The notes under the pieces were generated by a model. That model saw only the letters and a program-made list of their open reading frames with translations, was not told where the DNA came from and searched no databases. Positions 1 to 8,671 of a DNA stretch of 58,601 nt are shown piece by piece. How positions within the stretch are numbered: the first letter of the stretch is position 1; each line of letters opens with the position of its first letter. The translations under genes and the position numbers were made by a program. The DNA comes from an archaeon (GTDB lineage: Archaea > Nanobdellota > Nanobdellia > Pacearchaeales > GW2011-AR1). Where the stretch lies: assembly GCA_038121585.1 (NCBI GenBank), contig JAYONY010000001.1:335661-394261 (forward strand), written 5' to 3'.

Positions 1-188
1 ACTTCTTTTTCTTCACCTTCTTTCATGCCAATAACTGCAGCATCAAATCCTTGTACTACTTGCCCTGATCCAACAGTAAATTCAATAGGGTGTTGTTTAC
101 CTTCTCGCTTTGAAGAATCAAAAACTTCACCGTCTTCAAAACGGCCTTCATATTCAACCTTTACTGTGTCGCCTTTTTCTACTACCAT
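1..188 (-). CDS. FKBP-type peptidyl-prolyl isomerase (SlyD-like), N-terminal part, truncated by the window edge
   Basis: Manual translation from ATG 188: MVVEKGDTVKVEYEGRFEDGEVFDSS...PIEFTVGSGQVVQGFDAAVIGMKEGEEKE, a typical FKBP N-terminus; not in the ORF track. Confidence 0.92.
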   Translation of the reverse strand, partial: MVVEKGDTVKVEYEGRFEDGEVFDSSKREGKQHPIEFTVGSGQVVQGFDAAVIGMKEGEEKE

Positions 189-275
189 TTGTCTAAAGAA
201 TCCTGCAGAAGTGTGGTAGTTCCAACAGAATACTTCGGCGACGAACCTGTCTTATTTAAGTGTTTGTGTTACCGG

Positions 276-737
276 CTACTTATTTTCTTTTTTCACGTAC
301 GTGCACATAAGTTGTGTATTCGCAATTACGTGTCCTTCCATCGTTCTGAGAACGTCAAGTTTATTCGCTCCTGCAGGCAGGTCAAGAATGCCGTCAATAG
401 CGTACAGGCTTATAATATAACGGTGCATTTTGTCAGGGGGGCAGGGTCCACCATATTCTTTATTGCCCCAACTATTTTTACCGATTTTTCCTTTTGGAGC
501 TGTTCCTTCGGCAATTTTTTTAGTATCTGGTGGGATGTTAAAGACTACCCAGTGGTCCCATGATCGAGTCGGAGAGATTTCTAGCGGCACATCATGATCA
601 TCCATGATGAGAACAAGGCTTTTCGCATGGTCTGGCACATCAGCAATTTCGAGCGGCGGGCTTATGTCTGCTCCCTCACACGAATATTTTTCAGGAAGGG
701 CTGCTCCTTGTTTGAATGCTTTACTTGTTAATTTCAT
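276..737 (-). CDS. YbhB/YbcL-family PEBP (Raf kinase inhibitor-like) protein
   Basis: DISPPL, MDDHD, WDHWVVFNIP, YGGPCPP..HRY motifs. Confidence 0.92.
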   Translation of the reverse strand: MKLTSKAFKQGAALPEKYSCEGADISPPLEIADVPDHAKSLVLIMDDHDVPLEISPTRSWDHWVVFNIPPDTKKIAEGTAPKGKIGKNSWGNKEYGGPCPPDKMHRYIISLYAIDGILDLPAGANKLDVLRTMEGHVIANTQLMCTYVKKENK

Positions 738-785
738 AGTATCCTTACATCTCTAAAATTATTTAAGGCTTGCCTACATTTTGCA

Positions 786-1895
786 ATGATGAATCAAAAA
801 GGCCAAGTTCACATGGGGCTCGTGTTATTTGCTACGTTAGTGGTAGTGGTGCTTGGAGTCATTTTTTTCATTACGCAAAACAATACTGCAGCAGGGTATG
901 GGACTCCAGCACCTGACGCAACATGTAATACGTATGAGTATAATGGAGAGGATGCAGTTAATCTAGTCTTTTTCGCTTCTGAGGCTTTAACGCAGGAATA
1001 TGTTGAATATTTGTTCACTGTCGAACCTTTTGCAGAATATCGCCCAAGTTTCAACGTGTATTACATCAATAAAGAAGTTACGTGTGACACATACAAGGGT
1101 ATTGCAACATTATGTCATTCTAAGGATTTAGTTATGGACGCGGGAGCATGTCCGCACGATTATCGTATTGTATTGCAAGACGCAGGTGATTTGAGAAGCT
1201 CAGCCTACCAAGGCACTGGTTCAATAAATACGAATCATCCAATGTCTGTGTTCATTCATGAGTTTGCTCACTTAACCGTCCTTGCAGATGAAGAATACGA
1301 ACCTGCACGAGCACATGATAGCTCGGTTAATTGCAAGCAGTCCTGTGAAGAATTCACGAATGCAGATGGGTGTTTTGAAGGGTGTTCTGAGGGAGATTTA
1401 TTCCGTTCTATTAATAATGGGGTAATGCGAACGTTACGCACTGATGAGCTCGGAAGCCATAATGAATTTGTAATTGAGGAATGGTTGATTAGTATTTCAC
1501 AAGATACTGCTGGACTAACAGGTAATGCAATTAGTGCCATTGAAGATTGTGTTGAACAAGAATATTATCTTATAACGCAAAACGGGCGTGAACGAGTAAA
1601 GGGGTGTTCTCCACAAGTAAGTGCGAAGACGAGTAATCTTGCAGTTGGCAAGGCTAACAATCAAGATGTTTTTGTGTGGGGGTATGATCCAACACTTCGT
1701 ACCGAGGGTCCTGGAAGCGGTGATGAAGGATTAATTAATGATGGGCAGGATGGAACGTTTCGTGATGATTCAATCTCAATTATTACTGTCCCCCTTGAGA
1801 GCGGGGCGGATGCGCTTGAAATTCGTGATGAAAATGGTGTTGTTGAGAACGAGGTTTCTCTAGCACCTATTGGGAGTATAGCATGCATAATTTAA
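786..1895 (+). CDS. Membrane-anchored M64-like zinc metallopeptidase with class III (pilin-type) signal peptide
   Basis: NQKG|QV plus hydrophobic helix; EPFAEYRPSFNVY, HEFAH..LADEEY, GCFEGC..FRS...VMR; Cys-rich. Confidence 0.6.
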   Translation: MMNQKGQVHMGLVLFATLVVVVLGVIFFITQNNTAAGYGTPAPDATCNTYEYNGEDAVNLVFFASEALTQEYVEYLFTVEPFAEYRPSFNVYYINKEVTCDTYKGIATLCHSKDLVMDAGACPHDYRIVLQDAGDLRSSAYQGTGSINTNHPMSVFIHEFAHLTVLADEEYEPARAHDSSVNCKQSCEEFTNADGCFEGCSEGDLFRSINNGVMRTLRTDELGSHNEFVIEEWLISISQDTAGLTGNAISAIEDCVEQEYYLITQNGRERVKGCSPQVSAKTSNLAVGKANNQDVFVWGYDPTLRTEGPGSGDEGLINDGQDGTFRDDSISIITVPLESGADALEIRDENGVVENEVSLAPIGSIACII

Positions 1896-2335
1896 ACAAG
1901 AAGGGGCTTGCAGATATTGTTGCGGTAAGTTTATTGATTATGTTATCTGTCGCGGCTGTTGCATTAGTGTTCGGCATTGTTAATAATCTCACTGTCGGAC
2001 TTGCACCAGCTTTTGAATGCACACAAAATCAACTTAATGGCATGCGAATAGAAAGTGCATGTGTTAATGAGGTAGAAGATGTTGTTGAAGTTGTAGTGCA
2101 CCGCCCTCCTCGAGCAGATGGGGCTCAGACACTATCTTTCACTGTAAATTCAGGTACTGATGAAGTGAACTACGCATGCGGTGGAGAGGTGTGTGGTTCT
2201 TGTTATGTGATTGAAGAACTCATGACTAATACGTATTATCTTCCAATTACTTCTCTAGATGGTTCTGTAACACTTGTTTCTATGGGTGTTGATACGTGTT
2301 TGCTCGGCATTCAGGAATCAGTACCTGCTTGTTAA
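1883..2335 (+). CDS. Archaeal type IV pilin-like protein
   Basis: NKKG|LADIVAVSLLIMLSVAAVALVF class III signal peptide; six Cys in the head domain. Confidence 0.8.
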   Translation: MHNLNKKGLADIVAVSLLIMLSVAAVALVFGIVNNLTVGLAPAFECTQNQLNGMRIESACVNEVEDVVEVVVHRPPRADGAQTLSFTVNSGTDEVNYACGGEVCGSCYVIEELMTNTYYLPITSLDGSVTLVSMGVDTCLLGIQESVPAC

Positions 2336-2448
2336 GTCTCTTCGGAGTGCGTGCCCAAGTGCACGGAGTTTACAAATACTTAAATACGGGTTCGGTTTAA
2401 TTTTGTGATGTTGCAGGCAACTGCACAAACTCCATTCGGTAATAAAAA

Positions 2449-3252
2449 ATGGGTGAATGTAAAGAACTTGAAACAGAATTGACATTACGGGGGTTTTCTC
2501 CACTTACCGTTCGCAACTACTCTTTTTTTGTGAACAAATTTTTGGAACACGCACAAAAACCTGCGAAGGAATGTGAACCTGAAGATGCTAAAGCATATCT
2601 TGCCTCACTTTTTGAGGACAAATCAAAAAACACAATAATGCTTGCTGCGGCAGCACTCAAGTTTTTCTATGGTGAAATGCTTAAGAAAGATATTGGTACG
2701 ATTCGAGTACCTAAGAAAGATAAGAATTTGCCTGAAGTTTTAAGCAAGGAAGAGGTAAAGCGACTTATTGACGCGTCAGAAACGCGTAAATCACATCTTA
2801 TTATTTCATTATTGTATTCATCAGGTCTTCGTGTTTCCGAACTTGTTAATTTAAGAATGCAAGACATTGATTTTGAACAAAATATTGGTCGAGTGAAGCG
2901 AGGTAAGGGTGGTAAAGAACGAGTGTTTATTATTTCTCAAGCATTATGTGAGAAAATAAAAGAATTTCACAAGCGTAAGGAATACGAATATGTTTTCTCC
3001 AAATCAAAGCCGTTAACGACTCGTAATATTCAAAAAATTATCAAACATGTTCGTGTCAAAACCGGGCTAAACAAAAAAGTCACGCCTCACACGTTACGTC
3101 ATTCATTCGCAACGCATATTCTTGAGGCCGGCACTGATATTCGCCTCATTCAAACATTACTCGGTCACGCTTCACTTAATACGACACAGCTCTATACACA
3201 CGTTAGTTCTGAACAGTTGAGAAGAATTCAAAATCCTTTGGATGGAATTTAG
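2449..3252 (+). CDS. xerA: Tyrosine recombinase XerA
   Basis: N-terminal SAM-like domain; GLRVSE, GKGGKER, HTLRHSFATH, LLGH, TTQLYTH catalytic motifs. Confidence 0.9.
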   Translation: MGECKELETELTLRGFSPLTVRNYSFFVNKFLEHAQKPAKECEPEDAKAYLASLFEDKSKNTIMLAAAALKFFYGEMLKKDIGTIRVPKKDKNLPEVLSKEEVKRLIDASETRKSHLIISLLYSSGLRVSELVNLRMQDIDFEQNIGRVKRGKGGKERVFIISQALCEKIKEFHKRKEYEYVFSKSKPLTTRNIQKIIKHVRVKTGLNKKVTPHTLRHSFATHILEAGTDIRLIQTLLGHASLNTTQLYTHVSSEQLRRIQNPLDGI

Positions 3253-3338
3253 TTTTGTATCCTTTTAGAGATACTCTTTTATGTTCTCTTTAAACGTAAG
3301 ATGTTAGATTGCAATGTTTCTAAAAAAATAAAAAATAA

Positions 3339-3746
3339 TTAACGGTACGACTTTTGTCGCTTACTTCGTGCTTTAGAATCGCCTGGTTTGTATTGTTCTT
3401 TACGACGTGTGTCTGCTACGAGCATGTGACGGTCATATGCTAAGAATGCTTTCTTTAAATCTTCAGAGTTGCTAGCTGCTACGAGTGCTTTAGCTACTGC
3501 GAGGCGTGCTGCTTGAATTTGACTTTCTTTACCCCCGCCCCGAACGCGTGTTGCAACATCAAAGGCTACTGTGCCAAGTACTTGTTGTGCAATAGCAAGC
3601 GGTTCTTGGAGTGCAAGTTTATGCAGAATCGGAAGTTCTGTATGGGGTAGTCCGTTGTAGGTTACTACGCCAGCTCCTGCTGTAACGCGTGCTTTTGCAA
3701 CAGCGCTTTTTCGCTTTCCTGAAACTACTGCTAGTGGTGCTACCAT
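3339..3746 (-). CDS. rps9: 30S ribosomal protein uS9
   Basis: SGKRKSAVAKA...RGGG..SQ..AAR...ARSKRQKSYR; start moved to ATG 3746. Confidence 0.96.
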   Translation of the reverse strand: MVAPLAVVSGKRKSAVAKARVTAGAGVVTYNGLPHTELPILHKLALQEPLAIAQQVLGTVAFDVATRVRGGGKESQIQAARLAVAKALVAASNSEDLKKAFLAYDRHMLVADTRRKEQYKPGDSKARSKRQKSYR

Positions 3747-3747
3747 G

Positions 3748-4164
3748 TTAAATTTCCTTACTGAGGTCAGCAAGAGTGATGTGACGTACTGTCTTTTCCT
3801 TGCCTGCTTTTATTTTTTGTGCTTCTGCAAACTCTGCTGGTGTGTCGTTATAGCATCGAATTCGTTTGAATGCTGCTTCGCCACGCCCTTGCTTGTATGA
3901 GAGCATACCTCGAATTGTTCGTTTCACAATTCGTTCTGGTGATTTTGGAAAGAATGGTCCTTTAAGTGATGCCCCTCCTCGCTGTCGTGCTTCTTGGTAT
4001 TCAAGAATAACTGATCGTGGTTTGCCAGTTACAAGTGCGTGTTCACAGTTTACAATCGCAATTGTTTTACCAAGTAATGCTTGTTTTGCAGCATAGCTTG
4101 CAAGACGGCCGAGCGTTGCATTTTCAGCATCAATTACCATCGTAGGTGCAAATGTGGTTTTCAT
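3748..4164 (-). CDS. rpl13: 50S ribosomal protein uL13
   Basis: IDAENATLGRLAS, GPFFPKSPERIVKRTIRGML. Confidence 0.96.
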   Translation of the reverse strand: MKTTFAPTMVIDAENATLGRLASYAAKQALLGKTIAIVNCEHALVTGKPRSVILEYQEARQRGGASLKGPFFPKSPERIVKRTIRGMLSYKQGRGEAAFKRIRCYNDTPAEFAEAQKIKAGKEKTVRHITLADLSKEI

Positions 4165-4526
4165 AAAATCATAACTCCTTCTGCTTTTGGATTTTTACTA
4201 ATTTCTTCTTTAAGGCTTACTGCCTCTGCTTTGATATCTGCAAGTTTTGCTTTTGCAATGTCTGAATAGTCAAGAGCGCATACGCGTACTTTTTTAGTAA
4301 TATCTCCACTACCTAACACTTTACCGAGTACAACAACAGTATCGCCAGCCTTAGTTTGTGCATCAATAGTGTGCAAGTTTACTGAGGAGTACTTTCGTCG
4401 AGCTCCTGAAAGGCGTTGTGCTACTGCACGCCACGCGTCATGCTTTTTCGCAGTTAGCATAGTAGCCACTACATCAGGGTTCGTTTTGCGAACCATTCGT
4501 TTTCCGATAGTTGTTTTACTTTTCAT
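4161..4526 (-). CDS. rpl18e: 50S ribosomal protein eL18
   Basis: KTNP...W..VA..L..RRK..VNL..I...VVVLGKVLGSG...NPKA; start moved to ATG 4526. Confidence 0.95.
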   Translation of the reverse strand: MKSKTTIGKRMVRKTNPDVVATMLTAKKHDAWRAVAQRLSGARRKYSSVNLHTIDAQTKAGDTVVVLGKVLGSGDITKKVRVCALDYSDIAKAKLADIKAEAVSLKEEISKNPKAEGVMIL

Positions 4527-4566
4527 TGTGTTTGTGTTATTGTGCTCTGGGATCGTAAGATCCACA

Positions 4567-4651
4567 TGCGGGAGCTAGGATTCGAACCTAGGTAGGCACT
4601 AAGCACACCGCGACCTCATCGCGGCCCGTTTGACCACTCCGGCACCCCCGC
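4567..4651 (-). tRNA. tRNA-Leu(GAG)
   Basis: GCGGGGGTGCCGGAGTGGTCAAACGGG...CCGCG-ATGAGGT-CGCGG, long variable arm, GGTTCGAATCC, 3' CTCCCGCA. Confidence 0.95.
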
Positions 4652-4725
4652 ATTATGTTGTGGTGGCGGTACTGAGATGGTTAATCTCTCAACCGGCACC
4701 CTCGTGTATGCTTTCTCAAGTAACC

Positions 4726-5424
4726 TTACTTGAGGGTTTTACCAACCTCATCGAGGTTAGCGTTGAGTACATCAATTGCACGGGCAATGATGTCCTTTGC
4801 TTCGAGGTGTCCGAAACTCTCTACGAAGAACAGTATCTCGTCACTGTCCTTCACTGCGTCTTTATCAATCGCACTAATCGCATCGACTTGTGCGTCGTTA
4901 AGGTCGCAGAGCGTTACCTTCCCTTTCTTCTCTGGGGTAATAAGCCCCTTTGATTGTTCTACAATCGCTGCAATTTTTGCATTGCTTGTGTCAACTGAGT
5001 ATAATTGGCGATACCAACAAAGTCCTGGTGTATGTTTTGTATGTTCAACACCTGTTCCAAGGCGTGCTGTTGCTACAATTTCAATTTCTTGCCCTTCCTT
5101 AAGGAGTGTAAGTGGGAGGTTGTCAATAACGACTGTTGCACCACCTTGCATATCTCCGGAATAGACAGTTCCTTCTCCTGACTTAACAAGTTTAAGTTCA
5201 ACTTCAGTCTTTGGACCCATTGACTTAAGTGTTTTGAGAGGTACAAGGCCCATTCGATGCGCTAAGAATTCATCGTATAATGCTGAGTCATTCTTGAAGA
5301 TTTCTACTTCATCAATGGCAAGTGTTGGAATTTCTTCTACGCTTCGGCGAATTGCATTTGCAAGGCTTGTACTAACTTGCATGCGAACAATCGCTTTTTC
5401 TGGTGTTGCTTCAATAATATTCAT
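4726..5424 (-). CDS. rpo3: RNA polymerase subunit Rpo3 (D)
   Basis: ANAIRR, PTLAIDEVEIFKNDSALYDEFLAHRMGLVPL, VESFG; conserved position after rps11. Confidence 0.96.
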   Translation of the reverse strand: MNIIEATPEKAIVRMQVSTSLANAIRRSVEEIPTLAIDEVEIFKNDSALYDEFLAHRMGLVPLKTLKSMGPKTEVELKLVKSGEGTVYSGDMQGGATVVIDNLPLTLLKEGQEIEIVATARLGTGVEHTKHTPGLCWYRQLYSVDTSNAKIAAIVEQSKGLITPEKKGKVTLCDLNDAQVDAISAIDKDAVKDSDEILFFVESFGHLEAKDIIARAIDVLNANLDEVGKTLK

Positions 5425-5451
5425 TGTATGCTTAGTGTGTTGGGTAGGCTT

Positions 5452-6036
5452 TTAAACCCTTCTTCCACGCTTGCCTCCTTTCTTCTTCGGTCCTCCGCGT
5501 GGAAGGCGTGTAACATCTGTTACGCTGAGTATTCTAAATCCTTCTTTACCGAGTTGCTTTACTGCTGCGTGAGAACCAGGTCCTGAACCTGTAGATCCTG
5601 TTTTTGCTCGTGTTCGAATGTACAAACTTGTAATTCCTACGTCTCGTGCTCGTTCAGCAGCGCGCTTTGCCACGAACATTGCAGTTGTAGGGTTAGCTTT
5701 AAGTCGGCTTTGCTTTGTTACAAGTCCGCCTGTGATTCGGGCAATTGTATTCCCTGCCATGTCTGTAATATGAACCATGCTGTTGTTGTAGGTGCTGTAG
5801 ACGTGAGCAATTCCTGAACGTTCATCTTTCTGAGGTTTTGCTTTCTCCTCTGTTCTAGGAGTTTCATCTTTTGTGTCTGTTGCTTTAGCTTTTTCTTCTT
5901 TAGATTCTTTATTATCTTCAACAGTTTCAATCGCAGTTTCTTCTACTTTAGGGGTTTGTTCAGTTGTCGCTTCTTCTACTTTCGGAGATTCTTCTTGTAC
6001 TTCTTCTGCTGTTTGTTTTGTTTCTTCTTCTGTCAT
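5452..6036 (-). CDS. rps11: 30S ribosomal protein uS11 with ~70-aa acidic N-terminal extension
   Basis: GIAHVYSTYNNSMVHITD...GPG...DVT...KKGGKRGRRV. Confidence 0.95.
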   Translation of the reverse strand: MTEEETKQTAEEVQEESPKVEEATTEQTPKVEETAIETVEDNKESKEEKAKATDTKDETPRTEEKAKPQKDERSGIAHVYSTYNNSMVHITDMAGNTIARITGGLVTKQSRLKANPTTAMFVAKRAAERARDVGITSLYIRTRAKTGSTGSGPGSHAAVKQLGKEGFRILSVTDVTRLPRGGPKKKGGKRGRRV

Positions 6037-6665
6037 TATTCAGTTGCCTCCTTAGTTTTTTCAGGGGTATCCTGAGCAGGATTTTCATCTGATGATTCTT
6101 CTGCTTCAGGTGCTTCACCTTCAATCGGAGCCTCTGCAGCGGGTTCTTCAGCCTTAGGTTCTGCCTCCGTACTCTCTGTCGTTGAGGTATCCTGAGCAGG
6201 ATCAGCCTTTGGCTTCGGAGCTTTTTTCTTGAGTGTTATTTTTTTCTCTTCATCAACTGGCACTAAGTAGCTTGGAACATTAACTACTCTTCCATCAACA
6301 AGTACTTTTTTATGTACTATCATTTGCCGCGCGTGTCGTGGGGTGTGTGCGAGTTTTCGTGCTACAAGCACTGTTGCGAGTCGTCGTTTAAGAATAGCTT
6401 CCATGTTCAACGCTAAAACATCAGTTACTGTTTCAACACCAAGTCCGAGCGCATTAAGATTATCAAAAAACTTTTGTTGTTCTTCATGTGTTGCTTCCAA
6501 GAGTCCTTTCGCTCGTGATCGGAAGTATTTTACTTTAGCATCTGCTTTCCAAATCTCTCGCTTGTTCTTAAGGCCGTATTTTTCCTTAAGTTTGTTCTCT
6601 TCGATAATACGTGCTTTATCGAACATTTTTCGCGGGTGTGAATATTGTCTGTGTTTTCGTTTCAT
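6036..6665 (-). CDS. rps4: 30S ribosomal protein uS4 with acidic C-terminal extension
   Basis: YGLKNKREIWK, RRLATV, ARQMIVHKKV, VNVPSYLV. Confidence 0.96.
   Translation of the reverse strand: MKRKHRQYSHPRKMFDKARIIEENKLKEKYGLKNKREIWKADAKVKYFRSRAKGLLEATHEEQQKFFDNLNALGLGVETVTDVLALNMEAILKRRLATVLVARKLAHTPRHARQMIVHKKVLVDGRVVNVPSYLVPVDEEKKITLKKKAPKPKADPAQDTSTTESTEAEPKAEEPAAEAPIEGEAPEAEESSDENPAQDTPEKTKEATE
6066..6202. repeat. 17-bp direct repeat GGTATCCTGAGCAGGAT (6066-6082, 6186-6202) in the uS4 tail
   Basis: Exact copies 120 nt apart; encodes PAQDT twice. Confidence 0.85.
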
Positions 6666-6667
6666 GG

Positions 6668-7156
6668 TTAACTCTTCTTACCTTGTTTAGGTTTCTTAAC
6701 ACCCATAACAACGCCTGAGCGTCGGAAGTTACTTCGTGTTCGCTGACCGCGCACTGGTAACTTGAAGGTGTGTCGAACTCCTTTATATGCTTTAATTTGT
6801 TTAAGGCGTTTAATATCAAATTCTTTGGTCATGTCAAGGTCGATTCCAAACAAGTGTGTTGAGTCTCCTGTTTCGCGTATCATTGGTCTATTCTTCATGT
6901 ACGTTGGTACGTTGAGGCTTCGAAGTGTTTTTTCAATATTTGCAATGTCTTCTTTGCTAAGGGTGCTTACTTTTTGTGTTCGATCAATGCCTAGTTGTAG
7001 ACATGCAGCGTTTGCGATTGACCACCCAACGCCTTTGATTCTAAGAAGGCCAATGCCGATGCTTTTACTACCTTTAACGTCATGCCCAAGGATTCGCACG
7101 AGCACTTCGTGTGCTTCTTCTTGCGGTCTTCCTTTCTGTGGTTTTTCTTCTGCCAT
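6668..7156 (-). CDS. rps13: 30S ribosomal protein uS13
   Basis: IKGVG, YKGVRH..LPVRGQRTRSNFR. Confidence 0.96.
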   Translation of the reverse strand: MAEEKPQKGRPQEEAHEVLVRILGHDVKGSKSIGIGLLRIKGVGWSIANAACLQLGIDRTQKVSTLSKEDIANIEKTLRSLNVPTYMKNRPMIRETGDSTHLFGIDLDMTKEFDIKRLKQIKAYKGVRHTFKLPVRGQRTRSNFRRSGVVMGVKKPKQGKKS

Positions 7157-7173
7157 TATCTGAAATAGTACTA

Positions 7174-7722
7174 CTAATGTACAAAGAGAACTTGTCGCGG
7201 TCGCTCAAGGATTTCTTCCATGAGTCGCTTTTCAACAGCTTTTTTAGGATCTGGTAAGCTACTTACTCGTTCCTTAATGTCTGCAAATGAAGCGAATGGT
7301 TTGTCCTTTCGCTCATCAAGTATTTCTTTGGTATGTTTCTTACCAAAGCCAGGCAAGAGTTCAAGTTGGTGCAATCGAGTGTTGATTGCGTGAGAAGCGT
7401 TAAAGAAGTCGACAAATCGCTTCTCTTGCTCCCCAACAACTTTTGCAATGAATTCTTGCAGTTGGATCTTTGCATTTTCTGTAAGCTTGTCTTTTGCAAG
7501 CCTACCTACTATGTAGTATACTTTATCTCTCTTTTCCGGGCCTATATAAACCTTTTCCCCGAGCGTAAATGTTGCTCCTCTCGTCGGAGCGAGTTCTAAG
7601 AGTGCAAAGTGTTCAGAACCAATAGATTGAACAACAGGTTTCATTTTTCCTTCTAGAGGATAGCCATACGGTAAGTAGTCAAGAACGATCACGTGATCGT
7701 CTTTCTTTATTTGACGCATCAT
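7174..7722 (-). CDS. DUF655 putative RNA-binding protein (HhH)
   Basis: VLDYLPYG, RLHQLELLPGFGKK, PFASFADIKERV; conserved location after rpo4. Confidence 0.9.
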   Translation of the reverse strand: MMRQIKKDDHVIVLDYLPYGYPLEGKMKPVVQSIGSEHFALLELAPTRGATFTLGEKVYIGPEKRDKVYYIVGRLAKDKLTENAKIQLQEFIAKVVGEQEKRFVDFFNASHAINTRLHQLELLPGFGKKHTKEILDERKDKPFASFADIKERVSSLPDPKKAVEKRLMEEILERPRQVLFVH

Positions 7723-8024
7723 TTTCGGTAGTTTTCCAGAATGCCTAAGATGGCTTGGACCTCCGAATCATCAAGCGACACGTCAGTAAAGATTTTATGC
7801 ACGTCTTCTGCGTCTTTCGGTAGAAAATCAACGAGTTTAACAAGATATTCGTCTTTCATCTTAAGATTATTAAGGTCTTTTAGCTCTTGAGAAAGTTTCT
7901 TAGCATCCTCGGCTTTAATACTTGTAAAGTGCTGTAAGTGTTCATATAATTCTTGCTTTTCTTCAACATCCTTGATTTGATCAAGTACCTCTGGGAGTGT
8001 TAGGGGTTGCATTTCTAAAATCAT
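7719..8024 (-). CDS. rpo4: RNA polymerase subunit Rpo4 (F)
   Basis: PLTLPEV...KLVDFLPKDAEDV; rpl21e-rpo4-DUF655 synteny. Confidence 0.88.
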   Translation of the reverse strand: MILEMQPLTLPEVLDQIKDVEEKQELYEHLQHFTSIKAEDAKKLSQELKDLNNLKMKDEYLVKLVDFLPKDAEDVHKIFTDVSLDDSEVQAILGILENYRK

Positions 8025-8287
8025 TTTGAAGCCTCCTGAATTCGTGTTAAGTGAATCGGTAAGACGGTAAATCGCTTTGCTTTATTATGGTCTTTTACTT
8101 CAATTTCGTACGCGCTTCCACGCTTTGCAATAACCTTTCCAGTACGTCCTTGCATTCGCTTTGGAAAACCTGGGCTTTGCACACCAAGTTCTCGAACGAT
8201 TGCTACTGAGTCGCCTTCTTTGAAGCGTTGAAAGTATCGCATAAAGGATAGCTTCCCACGGGTACGGATTCGTTTTCGCTTTAACAT
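8021..8287 (-). CDS. rpl21e: 50S ribosomal protein eL21
   Basis: FKEGDSV, QGRTGKVIAKRGSAY, PIHL. Confidence 0.95.
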   Translation of the reverse strand: MLKRKRIRTRGKLSFMRYFQRFKEGDSVAIVRELGVQSPGFPKRMQGRTGKVIAKRGSAYEIEVKDHNKAKRFTVLPIHLTRIQEASK

Positions 8288-8353
8288 ACCTCTATACTTC
8301 CCTCTTCAGTTTAAAAAGCTTTGCTAGAATTGATTTCGTCGATAATCGTACCT

Positions 8354-8536
8354 TTATGGCAGGACTTCATCGCTGACTGAGCCTTGGTGCAGGTTTCCCT
8401 TAGCCTGGGCATTTTCCATGTTTTCTACTATTGCAGCAAACATTTTTTCGCCCCAGACGCCATGGCCACATCGGACGCATACGTCAACGACTGATGATTC
8501 TTCAAGACCTGTGCTGCAATAAATACATTTTTTCAT
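8354..8536 (-). CDS. Small Cys4 zinc-finger-like hypothetical protein
   Basis: CIYC...CVRC; GAGGTGA Shine-Dalgarno-like sequence just upstream of ATG. Confidence 0.75.
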   Translation of the reverse strand: MKKCIYCSTGLEESSVVDVCVRCGHGVWGEKMFAAIVENMENAQAKGNLHQGSVSDEVLP

Positions 8537-8671
8537 GAATTCACCTCGTAGTATTAGTTCTCCCGGAAAGCCTCGTTTGCTATATAAACTTTTATGCGGT
8601 CAAGAAACATTGCGGAGTAACGTAGTAAAATTTCACAAACATTTAAATTAAGGGATAGTATTCTTTGAAAG

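Noticed and set aside
2449-3252. Tyrosine recombinase as the integrase of a provirus or island
   Set aside because: XerA-like size and motifs, next to core r-protein genes, with no att repeats or viral/plasmid genes nearby
3262-3325. Possible dif site downstream of xerA (TTTAGAGATAC...TTATGTT)
   Set aside because: The arms are separated by 4 rather than 6 nt and are not inverted repeats of each other
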